Notes under the pieces: model-generated | What the model saw: the letters and a program-made list of their open reading frames with translations, nothing else | What the model was told of the DNA's origin: nothing | Databases searched by the model: none | Shown: in pieces, positions 1 through 11,617 of the stretch | How positions within the stretch are numbered: the stretch's first letter is position 1 | How the letters are laid out: each line of letters starts with the position of its first letter | Program-made: the position numbers and the translations under genes | Origin: Octopus sinensis | Taxonomy: Eukaryota | DNA length: 64,000 nucleotides | Assembly (NCBI RefSeq): GCF_006345805.1 | Contig: NC_042997.1 | Span: 174,716,001 to 174,780,000, forward strand | Direction: 5' to 3'

Positions 1-1391
1 ACGGTCTATTATACTAGTGGTATTAGAAAGTTATCGTTCAAACTAAATATAAAAGACTTATATGGGGCTATAACAAATAATTATTTAAAAAATAAACTGA
101 TTAAACTCGAACACAGTCGTGTCATCAACATGACATCTTTTACACAAACTTCAACAAGCGCGTGTGAGAGTGCACATATTCACACATAATATACAAGCAT
201 ATGTTGATGTATGTGTGGGAGGTGTTTATTTATAAGTAGGCTAGGGTATTTCCAAGGAAGCACTCGACCCGAATACTGGGCTATCAACACTGTCGGGTTT
301 CAAACCAATGCCGGAATTCCTCATGTGTAGAAAATCCAAGTTTCACGACGATTACACCGTAAAGTGGGTTTGGCGAAGAGTAAAAAATCCAAATGATAAA
401 ATGAAGACAAAGAAAATTCTTTAACACATCCTTAATGGTTAAAGACATATATATATATATATACATGTGCATGCATACTTAAACATGTATAGTAATAAAC
501 AAACACACATAGACGCTCACACACACACATGCACATGTACATACTTATAGGCATACGTGTGTGTGTGTTCCACAAAGTATAAAATTTATAAGCGCCAAAA
601 CAGTCACTCCAACGGGCGGACGGAGAATGGAAATTAGAGAGGGGCATCTCGTGCGGATGGCTTTATGATAAACAATTAAATTAGCTAACATGTCGGTGCA
701 TACATACATACATACTACATACATACATACATACATACATACATACATACACACTGACACAGACGCAGACACACACATATATATGTAGGTGTATTAGGTG
801 TATATATATAATATATAAATGTATATAAATATATATGTACACACACACACCACACACACGCATGCATACCTATGTACAAATATATACACATCCTTTTTTC
901 TCAAGTGCATTCTGTATATTAATTATATATATTTAATACGCCCCTTGGAATTCTAATGAGTGTTGTTAAATAATATTTTCATTATTCAACTTCCTAAAGA
1001 TAATTCTAGAGGTCTTCAATAAAATAGTGAACAACATCGTTTTTAAAATGTACTGGTAGGAGAAGGGCTACTGACTCAACTTACATACCATTCATTCTGA
1101 ATGTATAGCACATGATCACGAGACGGACATGAAACAAAACCGGGTATAACATAATTTACATACAATTATACAAACACGTATGTTCACACACAGAAGCACA
1201 CAGCCATACACACACAGATACGCAGAGAGACAGACGCGCACCCAACGTCACACAAACTGATGTATGCAATGATATGGTTATGCATAGACATATGCATGCA
1301 TGAGAGAGGAAAGTGAGAGAGTGAAAGAGAGTGTGGCAGCGTGAATATGTGTTTCTGTGTGAGTGCCTGCCTGAATGTGTGTGTGCGTGTG

Positions 1392-1443
<52 letters not shown>

Positions 1444-1444
<1 letters not shown>

Positions 1445-1575
1445 GTAGCATTCTTACCAACCACATGGTTCAGTCTCACGGCGTGGCACCTTGGGCAAGT
1501 GTCTTCTACTATAACCTCGGCCCGACCAGAGCCTTGTGAGTGGATTTGGTAGACGGAAACTGAAAGAAGCCCGTC
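1444..1575 (+). mobile_element. tRNA-derived CORE-like SINE, partial (5' part, runs into TA repeat and gap)
   Basis: ttaccaaccacatggttcagtc...gcgtggcaccttgggcaagtgtcttctactata...ggatttggtagacggaaactgaaagaagcccgtc; same sequence as the copies at 10726 and 58795. Confidence 0.85.
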
Positions 1576-1611
1576 ATATATATATATATATAGTATACAA
1601 TGCCTGTTATG

Positions 1612-1711
1612 NNNNNNNNNNNNNNNNNNNNNNNNNNNNNNNNNNNNNNNNNNNNNNNNNNNNNNNNNNNNNNNNNNNNNNNNNNNNNNNNNNNNNNNNN
1701 NNNNNNNNNNN
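1612..1711. other. Assembly gap (100 N)
   Basis: Run of 100 N. Confidence 1.
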
Positions 1712-2141
1712 ACCCACACTATATATATGTATATACATACATACATATATGCATACATGCATACATACAGTTGCAATACAACTTGAACTTCTCTTATTCT
1801 TTGACTGCAATTTTTACGTATCTTTGCTTTGTCAAGATGTATAATGCATGTATATATCTATGTGTGTGTGTGTGTTTATGTATGTATGTATGTATGTATG
1901 TATAATGTATGTATGATTGTTCGAGATTAGGAATGTTCGTGTTTGATGTGTATGTAAATATATATGCATCCGGTACTATTCATATATAACGTTGTACATT
2001 TTATTATAGGTCTGTGCATATCTACAAGATCGAACAGATTCATGTCATAATATGCAGAATACAAAAATGCACGTAAGTAGCCGGGTACCCCGTGGACATC
2101 CACCTCTGTAAATCTTCGCTCGCAATGTCAGCCATTATATA

Positions 2142-2641
2142 TCTATATATATAAAACTCTAGTTGTGTGAGTGTCTGTCCCCTTCGATTTAGATTCCTAA
2201 CTCCTCCCACATTTTGCGGTGCAGTTTAACCAAATTCGGGTATCTTATAGTCGTGATTCATATCGAGCCCGTCTGACTATTAGCGCGCGTCAACGATGAG
2301 TCTACGATTTTAAAAATAATTTAACATCATTTTTTATTCCATTTTAATGCATAAAATGCATCGTATGTCGATGGCGGCGGAGTTGGCGTCCACGCTCACA
2401 GCTGCACTGTTTGCTTCTTCCCCTTCCCTCCCTCGTGAAGCTGTGGGGAAGGGAGTGTAAAGAAATCAACGTCGTAATGCGTTGTGAAGGAACCGCGTTC
2501 TTTTAGAACAACGACTTCATGGCTTGAAGACACCAAAACAAAAATGCTAAGAAAGCCCGAATTATAAGGGAAGTAACTCTCTAAAATGCTTATATAGTTA
2601 TTTCCCTTACAAACCCGAGCAACGCCGGGCGATACTGCTAG
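2142..2641 (+). mobile_element. Non-autonomous Helitron (~500 bp)
   Basis: 5' end A|TCTATATATATAAAA; 3' subterminal hairpin CCCG-agcaacgc-CGGG followed ~8 nt later by CTAG|T; sits between host A and T with no TSD, as is canonical for Helitrons. Confidence 0.75.
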
Positions 2642-2649
2642 TATATATA

Positions 2650-2825
2650 TATATATATAATACAAAATGGGACAAGGACGCGAAACATTCGGACAACTAG
2701 GTGATACAGAAAGGGACAACAAAACATCCAGATAGACGATACAAAAAAACACAAGGACGGGTCATTCGAAGCTTTCTATCCTCAGTCAAGAACCGGATCA
2801 TCCTCACAATTTCGGCTGATTAATC
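2650..2825 (+). repeat. (TA)n-adjacent interspersed repeat, copy 1 (possibly a Penelope-like terminal fragment)
   Basis: aatacaaaatgggacaag...ggtcattcgaagctttctatcctcagtcaag...atttcggctg is a diverged reverse complement of 4855-4980; both copies abut (TA)n. Confidence 0.6.
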
Positions 2826-3361
2826 TTGAGATTGCTCCAATCTGGCCAGCCCCAAGGCAAAACTAAGCTAAGAGCATTAGATTCCTTGGAAGAAAACATC
2901 GAATGTATACGAAAACAAGGACAGAAAAACAATTATAAATACAAAATACAATAAAAATAATAACAGGACATAACAACAGGTGTCTTTCGACTGGGGACGA
3001 ATTGAATTCAGCTGGCGTGTGTGGAAAGGAAGCCTTACGGCAGAGATACAAAACTTTCATAAACACAGGGAAGAATATCGATGTTGCAATGACCACGGTC
3101 AGATGCAAAAAGAGGGATAGCAGTCTGGCTTATCGGTCAAGGTAGGTAGGAAGCCGAGTAGCTGCGTACGTATGTACGTATGAACGTACATGTCCGTGTG
3201 TGCTATTCTGTTATTAGAACGATGTAAAGGACGATAGATTGGGAGACTCAAAGTTTCGGACAAAATGCTTTGTGATATTTCCTTAAGAATTTTTGTATGC
3301 TCTCTTCAGCTTCTGTCGAGGTCTACTTTGCATTTCCTTCTTTCGAAGTCTGATAACATAA

Positions 3362-3429
3362 AGGTGGGTGGATTTGGTAGGCAGAAACTGAAAGATATCC
3401 GTCGTATACATGCATATGTATAACATATA

Positions 3430-3466
<37 letters not shown>

Positions 3467-3705
3467 CATATATAAATATTATGCGTTTGTGTGTATGTTT
3501 GTGCGTCTGTGTTTGTCCCCCAACATCAATTGACAACCGATGCTGGTGTATTTACATCCCCGTAACCTAGCGGTTCGGCAAAAGAGACCGATAGAATAAG
3601 TAATAGGCTTACAAAGAATAAGTCCTGGGGTCAATTTCTTCGACTAAAAGTGGTGCTCCAGCATGGCCGCAGTCAAATGACTGAAGCAAGTAAAAGAGAG
3701 TAAAA
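3362..3705 (+). mobile_element. CORE-like SINE, 5'-truncated
   Basis: gtggatttggtaggcagaaactgaaag + (TA)n/(TG)n + gataaccgatgctgg-like segment + ggtgctccagcatggccgcagtcaaatgactgaagcaagtaaaaga tail. Confidence 0.8.
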
Positions 3706-4128
3706 GTGAGTGTGTGAGTGTGTGCGTGCGCGCGTCTTTGTCCTCGCCTACCGCTTCACAACCGGTATTGATTTGTTTACGTACCAGATTCGAAAAACAG
3801 GTACTGTCGCCAATTTGATCGATTTGGGCGTCACCTCTTTCAGGTGATGCTCTAATGCCCCCAACATGTCCGCAGGCCAACGAATGAACAAGTAAAAAGA
3901 ATATAGAAATCTTGCTAGAAATAACATCAAAATCTCTTTCTCTCTCTCTCGAAATAAATCCTAACATTATAAAAAGAAAGAGAGAACATTCGAAAATGTA
4001 ATCCAAGGTACATTAAGCCCGAAGAAAAACAATGGAATGGGATTGTCAAACCTGAAATAGCCTGGATTGTAATTCTTTTCGATCAGGTTTAATCTGGAAC
4101 TTCACAATCAACAATAACTTATATCTGT

Positions 4129-4358
4129 TTCTTTATTACCCACAAGGGGCTAAACACAGAGGGGACAAACAAGGACAGACAAACGGATTAAGTCGATTAC
4201 ATCGACCCCAGTGCGTAACTGGTACTTAATTTATCGACCCCGGAAGGATGAAAGGCAAAGTCGACCTCGGCGGAATTTGAACTCAGAACGTAACGGCAGA
4301 CGAAATACGGCTACGCATTCCGCCCGGCGTGCTAACAGTTCTGCCAGCTCGCCGCCTT
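4129..4358 (-). mobile_element. tRNA-derived SINE with Tx1-like 3' tail, full length, 23-bp TSD
   Basis: Minus-strand head ggcggcgagctggcagaa...gttcaaattccgcc (A/B-box like); core ctttcatccttccggggtcgataaattaagtacc; tail agccccttgtgggtaataaagaaa; direct repeat aatcaacaataacttatatctgt at 4106-4128 and 4359-4381. Confidence 0.9.
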
Positions 4359-4803
4359 AATCAACAATAACTTATATCTGTCGGTCCAGACCGTTGAGAG
4401 TTAACTTGATCATCCAACGGTGTATCTGAGTGTCTCTCACTCTCACCCTTTCTTTTTCTTCCTTCCTTCCTTTCTTTCTTTCTTTCTTTCCTTCTTTCTT
4501 TCTCGCTCTCTCTCTCTCTCTCTCTATGTTTGTGTGTCTGTGTGTGTGGGGGGGGGTGGGTGGGGGGGTGAATCATCCACAAGTCAGGAAAAAGTGCACT
4601 CGTATATCTGTCAATAGAGTGGGTATATTACACGAAATGTACACTATCGTATATATCTAATATGGCCGATCTTGCCAATCGGTTTCACGCTCAACAGCGG
4701 TAGCCCGGCTACCTCCGATGATTACTCTCATCAAAGGAAGCCTGGCTACTTCCGACGATGTATGTATCATTTGTTCACACACACATAAACACGCGCGCAC
4801 GCA

Positions 4804-4845
<42 letters not shown>

Positions 4846-4854
4846 CATATATAA

Positions 4855-4980
4855 CCAGCCGAAATTGCAAAGATAATCTGGAACTTGACTGAGGATAGAA
4901 AACTCCGAATGACCCGTCCTTGTTTTCTTTATATCGTCTGTCTGGATGCTTTGCGTTCTTGTCCCATTTTTGTATTATAT
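4855..4980 (-). repeat. (TA)n-adjacent interspersed repeat, copy 2 (inverted relative to 2650-2825)
   Basis: cagccgaaattg...cttgactgaggatagaaaactccgaatgacccgtccttg...cttgtcccatttttgtatt matches the reverse complement of copy 1. Confidence 0.6.
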
Positions 4981-5004
4981 ATATATATATATATATATAT
5001 ACAT

Positions 5005-5058
<54 letters not shown>

Positions 5059-5061
5059 CAT

Positions 5062-5112
<51 letters not shown>

Positions 5113-5118
5113 ATATAT

Positions 5119-5181
<63 letters not shown>

Positions 5182-5236
5182 ATATATAACATACATATAA
5201 ATATATATATGTATGTGTGTACATATATATATATAT
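4976..5236. repeat. (TA)n microsatellite, interrupted
   Basis: Long TA tract with CA interruptions. Confidence 0.95.
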
Positions 5237-5612
5237 ATTAGAAGGAATGAGGTAATCAGAAGATCGGATGGTTCATATTTACAGATATTTATTTATATAT
5301 TACATTTTTTACATATATATATCATATCATTCAGATCATATCATTCAGATCATTAGCGCTTTCTCCCATTCTAGTGGGGTTTTCAAATCAAAATAATTCC
5401 TTTGTGGGGAATTTTAATCAAAATGATTAAAATTCCCCACAAAGGAATTATTTTGATTTGAAAACCCCACTAGAATGGGAGAAAGCGCTAATGATCTGAA
5501 TGATATGATCTGAATGATATGATATATATATGTAAAAAATGTAATATATAAATAAATATCTGTAAATATAAACCATCCGATCTTCTGATTACCTCATTCC
5601 TTCTAATATATA
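5232..5612. repeat. Near-perfect 381-bp palindrome (~189-bp arms, 3-nt loop at 5421-5423)
   Basis: tattagaaggaatgagg...ggaattttaatca|aaa|tgattaaaattcc...cctcattccttctaata; one mismatch noticed (ggttcatattt vs aaatataaacc). Confidence 0.95.
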
Positions 5613-5699
5613 ATACCTGTACATCATCTCCAAACCTTCAATATATATATATATATATCATATGTATATATTACATATACGACTGAACTTTTGGGCATT

Positions 5700-7400
5700 A
5701 CAGATCTGCAGACGAAGGCGGCAACCATTGATAACATCAACATTGTGGAAGCAGATGTAACAGCAGCCATAGACTAAATGTTCTTAAACTCAACAACTGG
5801 TCCCGACGGTTTCCCAGCTATTCTACTGAAAATTGGCTGTAGGCAAACTACTTCTGTTAATATTCCAGAGTTTCCTCTCAAGTGTTAAATTTCTTAAAAG
5901 GTTATAAGAAGACCTTATGTACACTATCCATAAAGGCGGGAGCAGTGTAGAGGCTAAAATATTAACTAGAGACCCATCTCTCTGATTTCATATATCAGTA
6001 AAGTCATGGAACGAATCATCAGAAACTGATAACGTTCCTAGAAGAAAATGGCATACTGAACGATACTCAGCATGGCTTCCGTTTAGGAAGAATCTGCCTC
6101 ACACAGCTGTTATGGCTTTATGACTGTGTTATGAAGCAGCAGATCAACTGTTCAAATGCTGATGTGGTATATCTTGACTCCGCAAAAGCCTTTGATAAGT
6201 TGGATCATGGCATGGTATGCCAAGGTGTGGGGCATAGCTGCTAAACTATGAGTGTGTCTAAATGACTTTCTAAAAAAATAGCTTTACTATCACTTCCAAA
6301 ATTCTTATTGATTACATGAAATGCCAAATCCCTAGATTATTACAGAAGAAATCGGTTGGTCTTTAGATAATCGATTTAGATTTACTAAAATGTAGAAGTC
6401 AGGCAGTTGCAGCCAATAGTGCCTTCTCAAAGGAAACAAATTCTGAGTGCCGTCCTTCAGGGAACTGTCTTATGGGCATTATTGGTTATAGTAGCTCTCT
6501 TAGACATGCCCACTCAGACAATCACTGTCACTAGCTCCTCCGTGATACGAAATTATCACAAGGAATAAAGAACACAGACAATGTCTGAAGACTACAACGG
6601 GACTTATATGCAGTATACAAATGGGCTGAAAAAGGAAACATACAAATTAATGATGAAAAAATTCAAATACTGGTCTATCAACACGAAAATGCATAAGAGC
6701 CTACATATACGCTGTAATCCCAAAGTCAAAGAAAATGAGACTTGGGGATCAGTATGTGTAATGATGCATCATTTAATATGCACATCACCAATATGGCAAC
6801 AAAGAGCAGTTTACAGAACGGTTACTAATGTCCTTCAGGAAAGAGGGCAAGGAGCCATGCTGACCTTGTAGAAGACGTTTGTTCTCAGCCGCTTGGACTA
6901 CCGTTTTTATCTGCGGTCAACATATAATGCCAGATTAACTGTGTAGCTTGAAGCAATCCAACGTTGCTACACTGAGAAGATTGTAACAGTGTAGCAAATG
7001 AACTACAGAGAGTGACCGAAAAAAACTACGACTTTACTCTCTGGAGCGAGGACGAAAGAGATGTGTAATTATCTATATGTAGAAAATTTGGGGAGGGTTA
7101 GTGCCTAATTTAATCATCAAGTGCTTTACAAATACCCGAACTGGATGCCATTGCGATGTACCAAAGGTACCGTCCGTCCCATCTGAAGTCAGAAACAGGT
7201 ACTACAATATATTAGAGCCCCGAGGGCCCACAGCTCTTTAATACTCTGCCAAAAACTTAAGAAACTTCCCCAATGTGGATGTGGATTTCTTCAAAAAGGA
7301 ACTGGACATTCTCTTATCCCCGATACAACAAAACCAACGTCCCGACTTGAATAACAGGTGGGGGCAGCAGTGTCGAACTCCCTCATACACCAAATGCGCC
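5700..7400 (+). mobile_element. Decayed CR1/L2-group LINE, RT-domain fragment
   Basis: Short translated stretches TGPDGFPAILLK (~5797), QHGFRLGRICLTQL (~6068), VVYLDSAKAFDKLDHG (~6165); C-terminal GPQLFNTLPK...VDFFKKELD region like 57997-58260; many stops and frameshifts. Confidence 0.8.
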
Positions 7401-7827
7401 AACAATCAGGGTAAAAGCATATGCAGGAATGGTGATATGAAATCCCACCACCCTGAAGAAATCAGCCAATAAGGAAAGCTGTAAAAAAGATACAAATTCA
7501 CGATGATACTTCAGCATGATTACAGCCGCATTGCTGAAACGAATAAAGTAAATAAAAGATATATATATATATATATATATATATCAGCATGGCTATATTT
7601 GACTGAAATGTCTTCGATCTGGTCTAAATCGGGAATAAACTGCAAAAACAAATAATTGTCACACACAAAAAAAAAAAAATTAATGGCATCACTATAAATA
7701 AAAAGCTGGCACATTGTATAATGTAATCCATGGTGTACTATACCCAAACAAACAAAAAACAATAGAGATGATTATGGCTGGAATGCGTTTGATCATAGGT
7801 CTGGTCAATGAGGGCTGACTCAAAGCT

Positions 7828-7829
7828 CA

Positions 7830-7882
<53 letters not shown>

Positions 7883-7982
7883 AGCTACTACTACGGCTAC
7901 TGCTACTGCTACCGAAAATAATTGTAGTTTCAAAAAGGAAAAAAGTAAACAATAAAATTACATTAAGCGACTACAACTGCAT

Positions 7983-8031
<49 letters not shown>

Positions 8032-8035
8032 CAAC
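7828..8035. repeat. (CTA)n microsatellites
   Basis: Two CTA/ACT tracts. Confidence 0.9.
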
Positions 8036-8477
8036 AATAGCAATAACAACCACTACCACAATTTCTACTATGAAAATGCTAACAACAGCAACAACAACAA
8101 AAAGTTCAAGAACAAGAAGAACAACAAGTAAAATTTGACAGCAAGTGTTATGATTGATGGCTAAAAGCTATTTTTATATTGGCGAGATTAGAGACGATAT
8201 TATAATGAACATGGTGCTTGGTCAGTGGAACGAGATTAGGCAAGCTTTAACAGGAACTTCTTCTTTATAATTGAACTGCAGAAATCAATAGTACTATTAT
8301 CATTATTATTTTATTTCATTTTATTTTATCTTATATTTCATTTTATTTACTTTTTTTTTCATTTTTTTTCTTTTCTACTCTCCTCTTCGTTTCGAAATCA
8401 TTATTACAGCAGTCAACTTTTTATTCCTTCCTTTTTTTTTTAAGAGAGGGCACAAGTGGTAAAGAGTTGCATAAGAG

Positions 8478-8482
<5 letters not shown>

Positions 8483-8548
<66 letters not shown>
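8483..8548. repeat. (ATT)n microsatellite
   Basis: Perfect ATT tract. Confidence 0.95.
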
Positions 8549-8550
<2 letters not shown>

Positions 8551-8555
8551 GACAA

Positions 8556-8762
8556 AGGCAGAATCGTTAGAACGCCAGGCAAAATGCTCAGGGGCATTTT
8601 ATCCTACTTTACATTCTAAATTCAAATTACGCCGAGATCGACTTTGACTTTCATCCTTTCGAGGTCCATGAAATGAGTACTAGTTGAGTTCTTGGGTTGA
8701 CGTAATCGACTTACTCCTCCCCTTAAAATGCTGGTCTTGTGCCAAAATTTGAAACCATTGTT
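8556..8762 (+). mobile_element. Older tRNA-derived SINE with the same central core but a different tail
   Basis: ggcagaatcgttagaacgccaggc...ttcaaattacgccgagatcgactttgactttcatcctttcgagg...gctggtcttgtgccaaaatttgaaacc; related copy at 20318-20462. Confidence 0.7.
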
Positions 8763-8949
8763 GATATTAGTATCAGTATTACAAGAACTAAAACAGAAAT
8801 GTAACCAACAGCGCTGGTAAACAAAACATATGAACTGGCTCAAGCCAAATAAAATTATATTTGAGTGTGAGAAGACAGCAGTAATAATGCTTCCTGACAT
8901 CATGGCGGAACGAGCAAAAGAAAAAAGAGCAGTCTATTTCAGTTGTTTC

Positions 8950-9990
8950 CCTAAGGACCAGGCGAACGTGCCACAGCTATCAAGTGGAGAAAGCGGCTCT
9001 AAATGATGTGGCCCTCATGCAATGTGTAGGACTGTTTGACAGCATCGAGCTTCTCTTCAAAAGTGAGGACCACGCGCGAAAACATTATGTGGTACTCCGT
9101 TGGAGTGAAGAGTGTGTCTTATACTGACGTACCTCTCATGAACTATCAAGCTGAAGATATTGAGTGTTCACCAGGCAGGAATATTTGGTGGATCTAGGCT
9201 TGCGTTCTCCTCTAGGATTTGGACACACTCATTGGGGTCAAACACAGCAACAAAGGAGTGAGCCGAGATGAACATATAGATTCTGCTCCAGGTGAAGTCT
9301 GAGATCATTGGGAAAATCTCAGACTTTATACAGCTGTCCAACAGGATCGAGCTTCATGTAATTATAGAAGATGAAAAAGTACAGTATACGATCCTTGTCC
9401 ACAAGCCACCTAAGAGCTTTCTTTTGAAGCGGTGGCTTTGCACCTCCTATTTTGGGGAGGTGAAAAGCCATCGCTACAACAAACACCGCGTCCTCAACAG
9501 CATTCACAACAAACACAATATGCCACACCAACAGCAAGGTCAATAACATAGCAGCTGAGACAACAGCAACCCTCAACAGCACTATCACAACCACTTCCAC
9601 CACAATCAACAAGAAAAACAGCAAAAAGGACCGTTAATAACCCCCACCCCCGCAGAACGTCCCTCTTTTCGCCCCCCATGCACGCCCTCACATACAGATG
9701 CTCACACTCAAACACACACACACACACACATACACACACACACACACATCTACGTCTGAGATAGATTTTGTAGAAACTGGTGCTTCTTCATCTCGAAGTG
9801 AAGATGAAGGAAAACACAAAAAAAAGGCATACAAGGAAAACGTTATCCAACACCAACACATGCCCCAGAAAATGCAACGAACTCAACTCTCAAATACAGA
9901 TACAATCCATAACATTTACCTCCAACACCACAACCCCCAACTCAAATATTGGCACCACAAAAGGAAATCGTAAACAAGAACAACAATCAG
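8950..9990 (+). pseudogene. Possible decayed ORF1 fragment of an L1/Tx1-like element
   Basis: LFDSIELLFKSEDHARKH resembles FAHIQVVFYTEELARHF; IELHVIIEDEKVQYTILV resembles IPTHVHLEDGRKLYVVV; followed by a Q/T-rich tract and an acidic SEIDFVETGASSSRSEDEGKHKKK segment like the ORF1 linker in the array. Confidence 0.35.
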
Positions 9991-10249
9991 CCAGAGTGAC
10001 ATAAAACTTCATGCTAAGGAAACCAAAAATAATTATTAGGAAAACTATTTATTTATAGAATTTGGTACGCATGCAAACACATAGCAAAATGCTTTTCAAT
10101 AAAACCACCATCAGCAGCCTCGATACGGCTTCTGAAACAACGAAATGTGCTGACCAGGCAATCTTTATTCTTGTTGGCTATAACATTCTCAGTTAACAAA
10201 CATCAACTAGCCCTTGGTATTGTGGGCAAGCTTGTTTGTCACCTTCCTA

Positions 10250-10710
10250 ACAAAGCTTTCTGGGCATCGTAGCGTATAGACTTTCATGGATTCGTACGTT
10301 TGTTTTCTGATTGTTATATCAAGTCTCAGTGAAAGTAAAATAAAAGCTTTCTGGACGCCTTAGATTATAAACTGAGTACTTCTAAACGTAGTTGTATATA
10401 AGCTTTGAGTACCGTAAAATATTGATTTTCTGGGCGCCGTATGAGTGAGGCGTTTTAAGCACTATAGGATGTAGGCTTTATGAGCACAAAACATATAAGC
10501 CTCCTGGGCAACGTAAGCTATAGCCTTTCTGAATAGTTTAGGATATACACATTTTGAGGACCATAGACTTGAGGCTTATGCGCACTATAGAATATATGCT
10601 ATCAGGTCAACACGGAAGGATATAAACCTTCTGAAGACATAGGCTTTATGAAGGCCATACATTAGCTCACTGAGCACCGAAAAGTATAAAATTTGAGTGC
10701 TATAACAGGA
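10250..10710. repeat. Degenerate minisatellite (roughly 20-25-nt unit, aagctttctgggcaccgta-like)
   Basis: Recurrent agcttt(c/a)tg(g/a)gca(c/t)cg(t)a motifs. Confidence 0.45.
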
Positions 10711-10725
10711 AAAGTTTCTGATATA

Positions 10726-10890
10726 GGAGTGGCTGTGTGGTATGTAGCTTGCTTACCAACCACATGGTTCTGAGTTCAGTCCCACTGCGTGACACCTTGG
10801 GCAAGTGTCTTCTACTATAGCCTCGGGCCGACCAAAGACTTGTGAGTGGATTTGGTAGGTGGAAACTGAAAGAAGCCCGTCGTATATATG

Positions 10891-10921
<31 letters not shown>

Positions 10922-11146
10922 ATGTGTTTGTGTGTCTGTGTTAGTCCCCGCCCCCAACATCAATTGATAACCGATGCTGGTGTGTTTACGTCCTCGTAAC
11001 TTAGCGGTTCGGCAAAAGAAACCGATAGAATAAGTACTAGGCTTACAAAGAATACGTCCTGGGGTCGATTTGCTCGACTAAAGGCGGTGCTCCAACATTG
11101 GCCACAGTCAAATGACTGAAACAAGTAAAAGAGTAAAAGAATAAAA
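10726..11146 (+). mobile_element. tRNA-derived CORE-like SINE, near full length
   Basis: Head ggagtggctgtgtggta...gttctgagttcagtcccac (A/B-box like); ccttgggcaagtgtctt core-like motif; internal (TA)n(TG)n; tail ggcggtgctccaacattggccacagtcaaatgactgaaacaagtaaaaga. Confidence 0.9.
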
Positions 11147-11387
11147 GTGTAATTTTGCAGGACAAAAGCTTTTCGCGGATCCAGATTATATAAAGATACA
11201 AGTACTAAGCCATCTTAAATTTAGAGGCGATTTTGAAATTTCGCTAAGTACTTCACTCCAGTTGCAGCAGATGAGATGACGTCAAGCTGTCTTAACTAGC
11301 AACATTTTAGTTAGCCTTAGCACTATAGCGTAGATACGTGTACGCTACAAATAAACAAGGAAACGCTTGTATTTATATAATCTACCT

Positions 11388-11617
11388 ATTTCTTTACTAC
11401 CCACAAGGGGCTAAACACAGAGAGGACAAACAAGGACAGACAAACGGATTAAGTCGATTATATCGACACCAGTGCGTAACTGCTACTTAATTTATCGACC
11501 CAAAAGGATGAAAGGCAAAGTCGACCTCGGCGGAATTTGAACTCAGAACGTATCGGCAGACGAAATATGGCTACGCATTTCGCCCGGCATGCTAACTTTT
11601 CTGCCAACTCGCCGCCT
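11388..11617 (-). mobile_element. tRNA-derived SINE with Tx1-like tail, full length
   Basis: Same family as 4129-4358. Confidence 0.9.

Noticed and set aside
2755-2805. CUGAGGA...CGAA hammerhead-like motif in the 2650/4855 repeat pair
   Set aside because: Stem II is only ~2 bp, position 15.1 is U, and no convincing stem I could be drawn.
4775-5241. YI/IY-rich ORFs here and similar VCVC, LSIY, poly-T/N/L/S ORFs throughout the window
   Set aside because: They are translations of (TA)n, (CA)n, (TCTA)n and triplet microsatellites, not genes.
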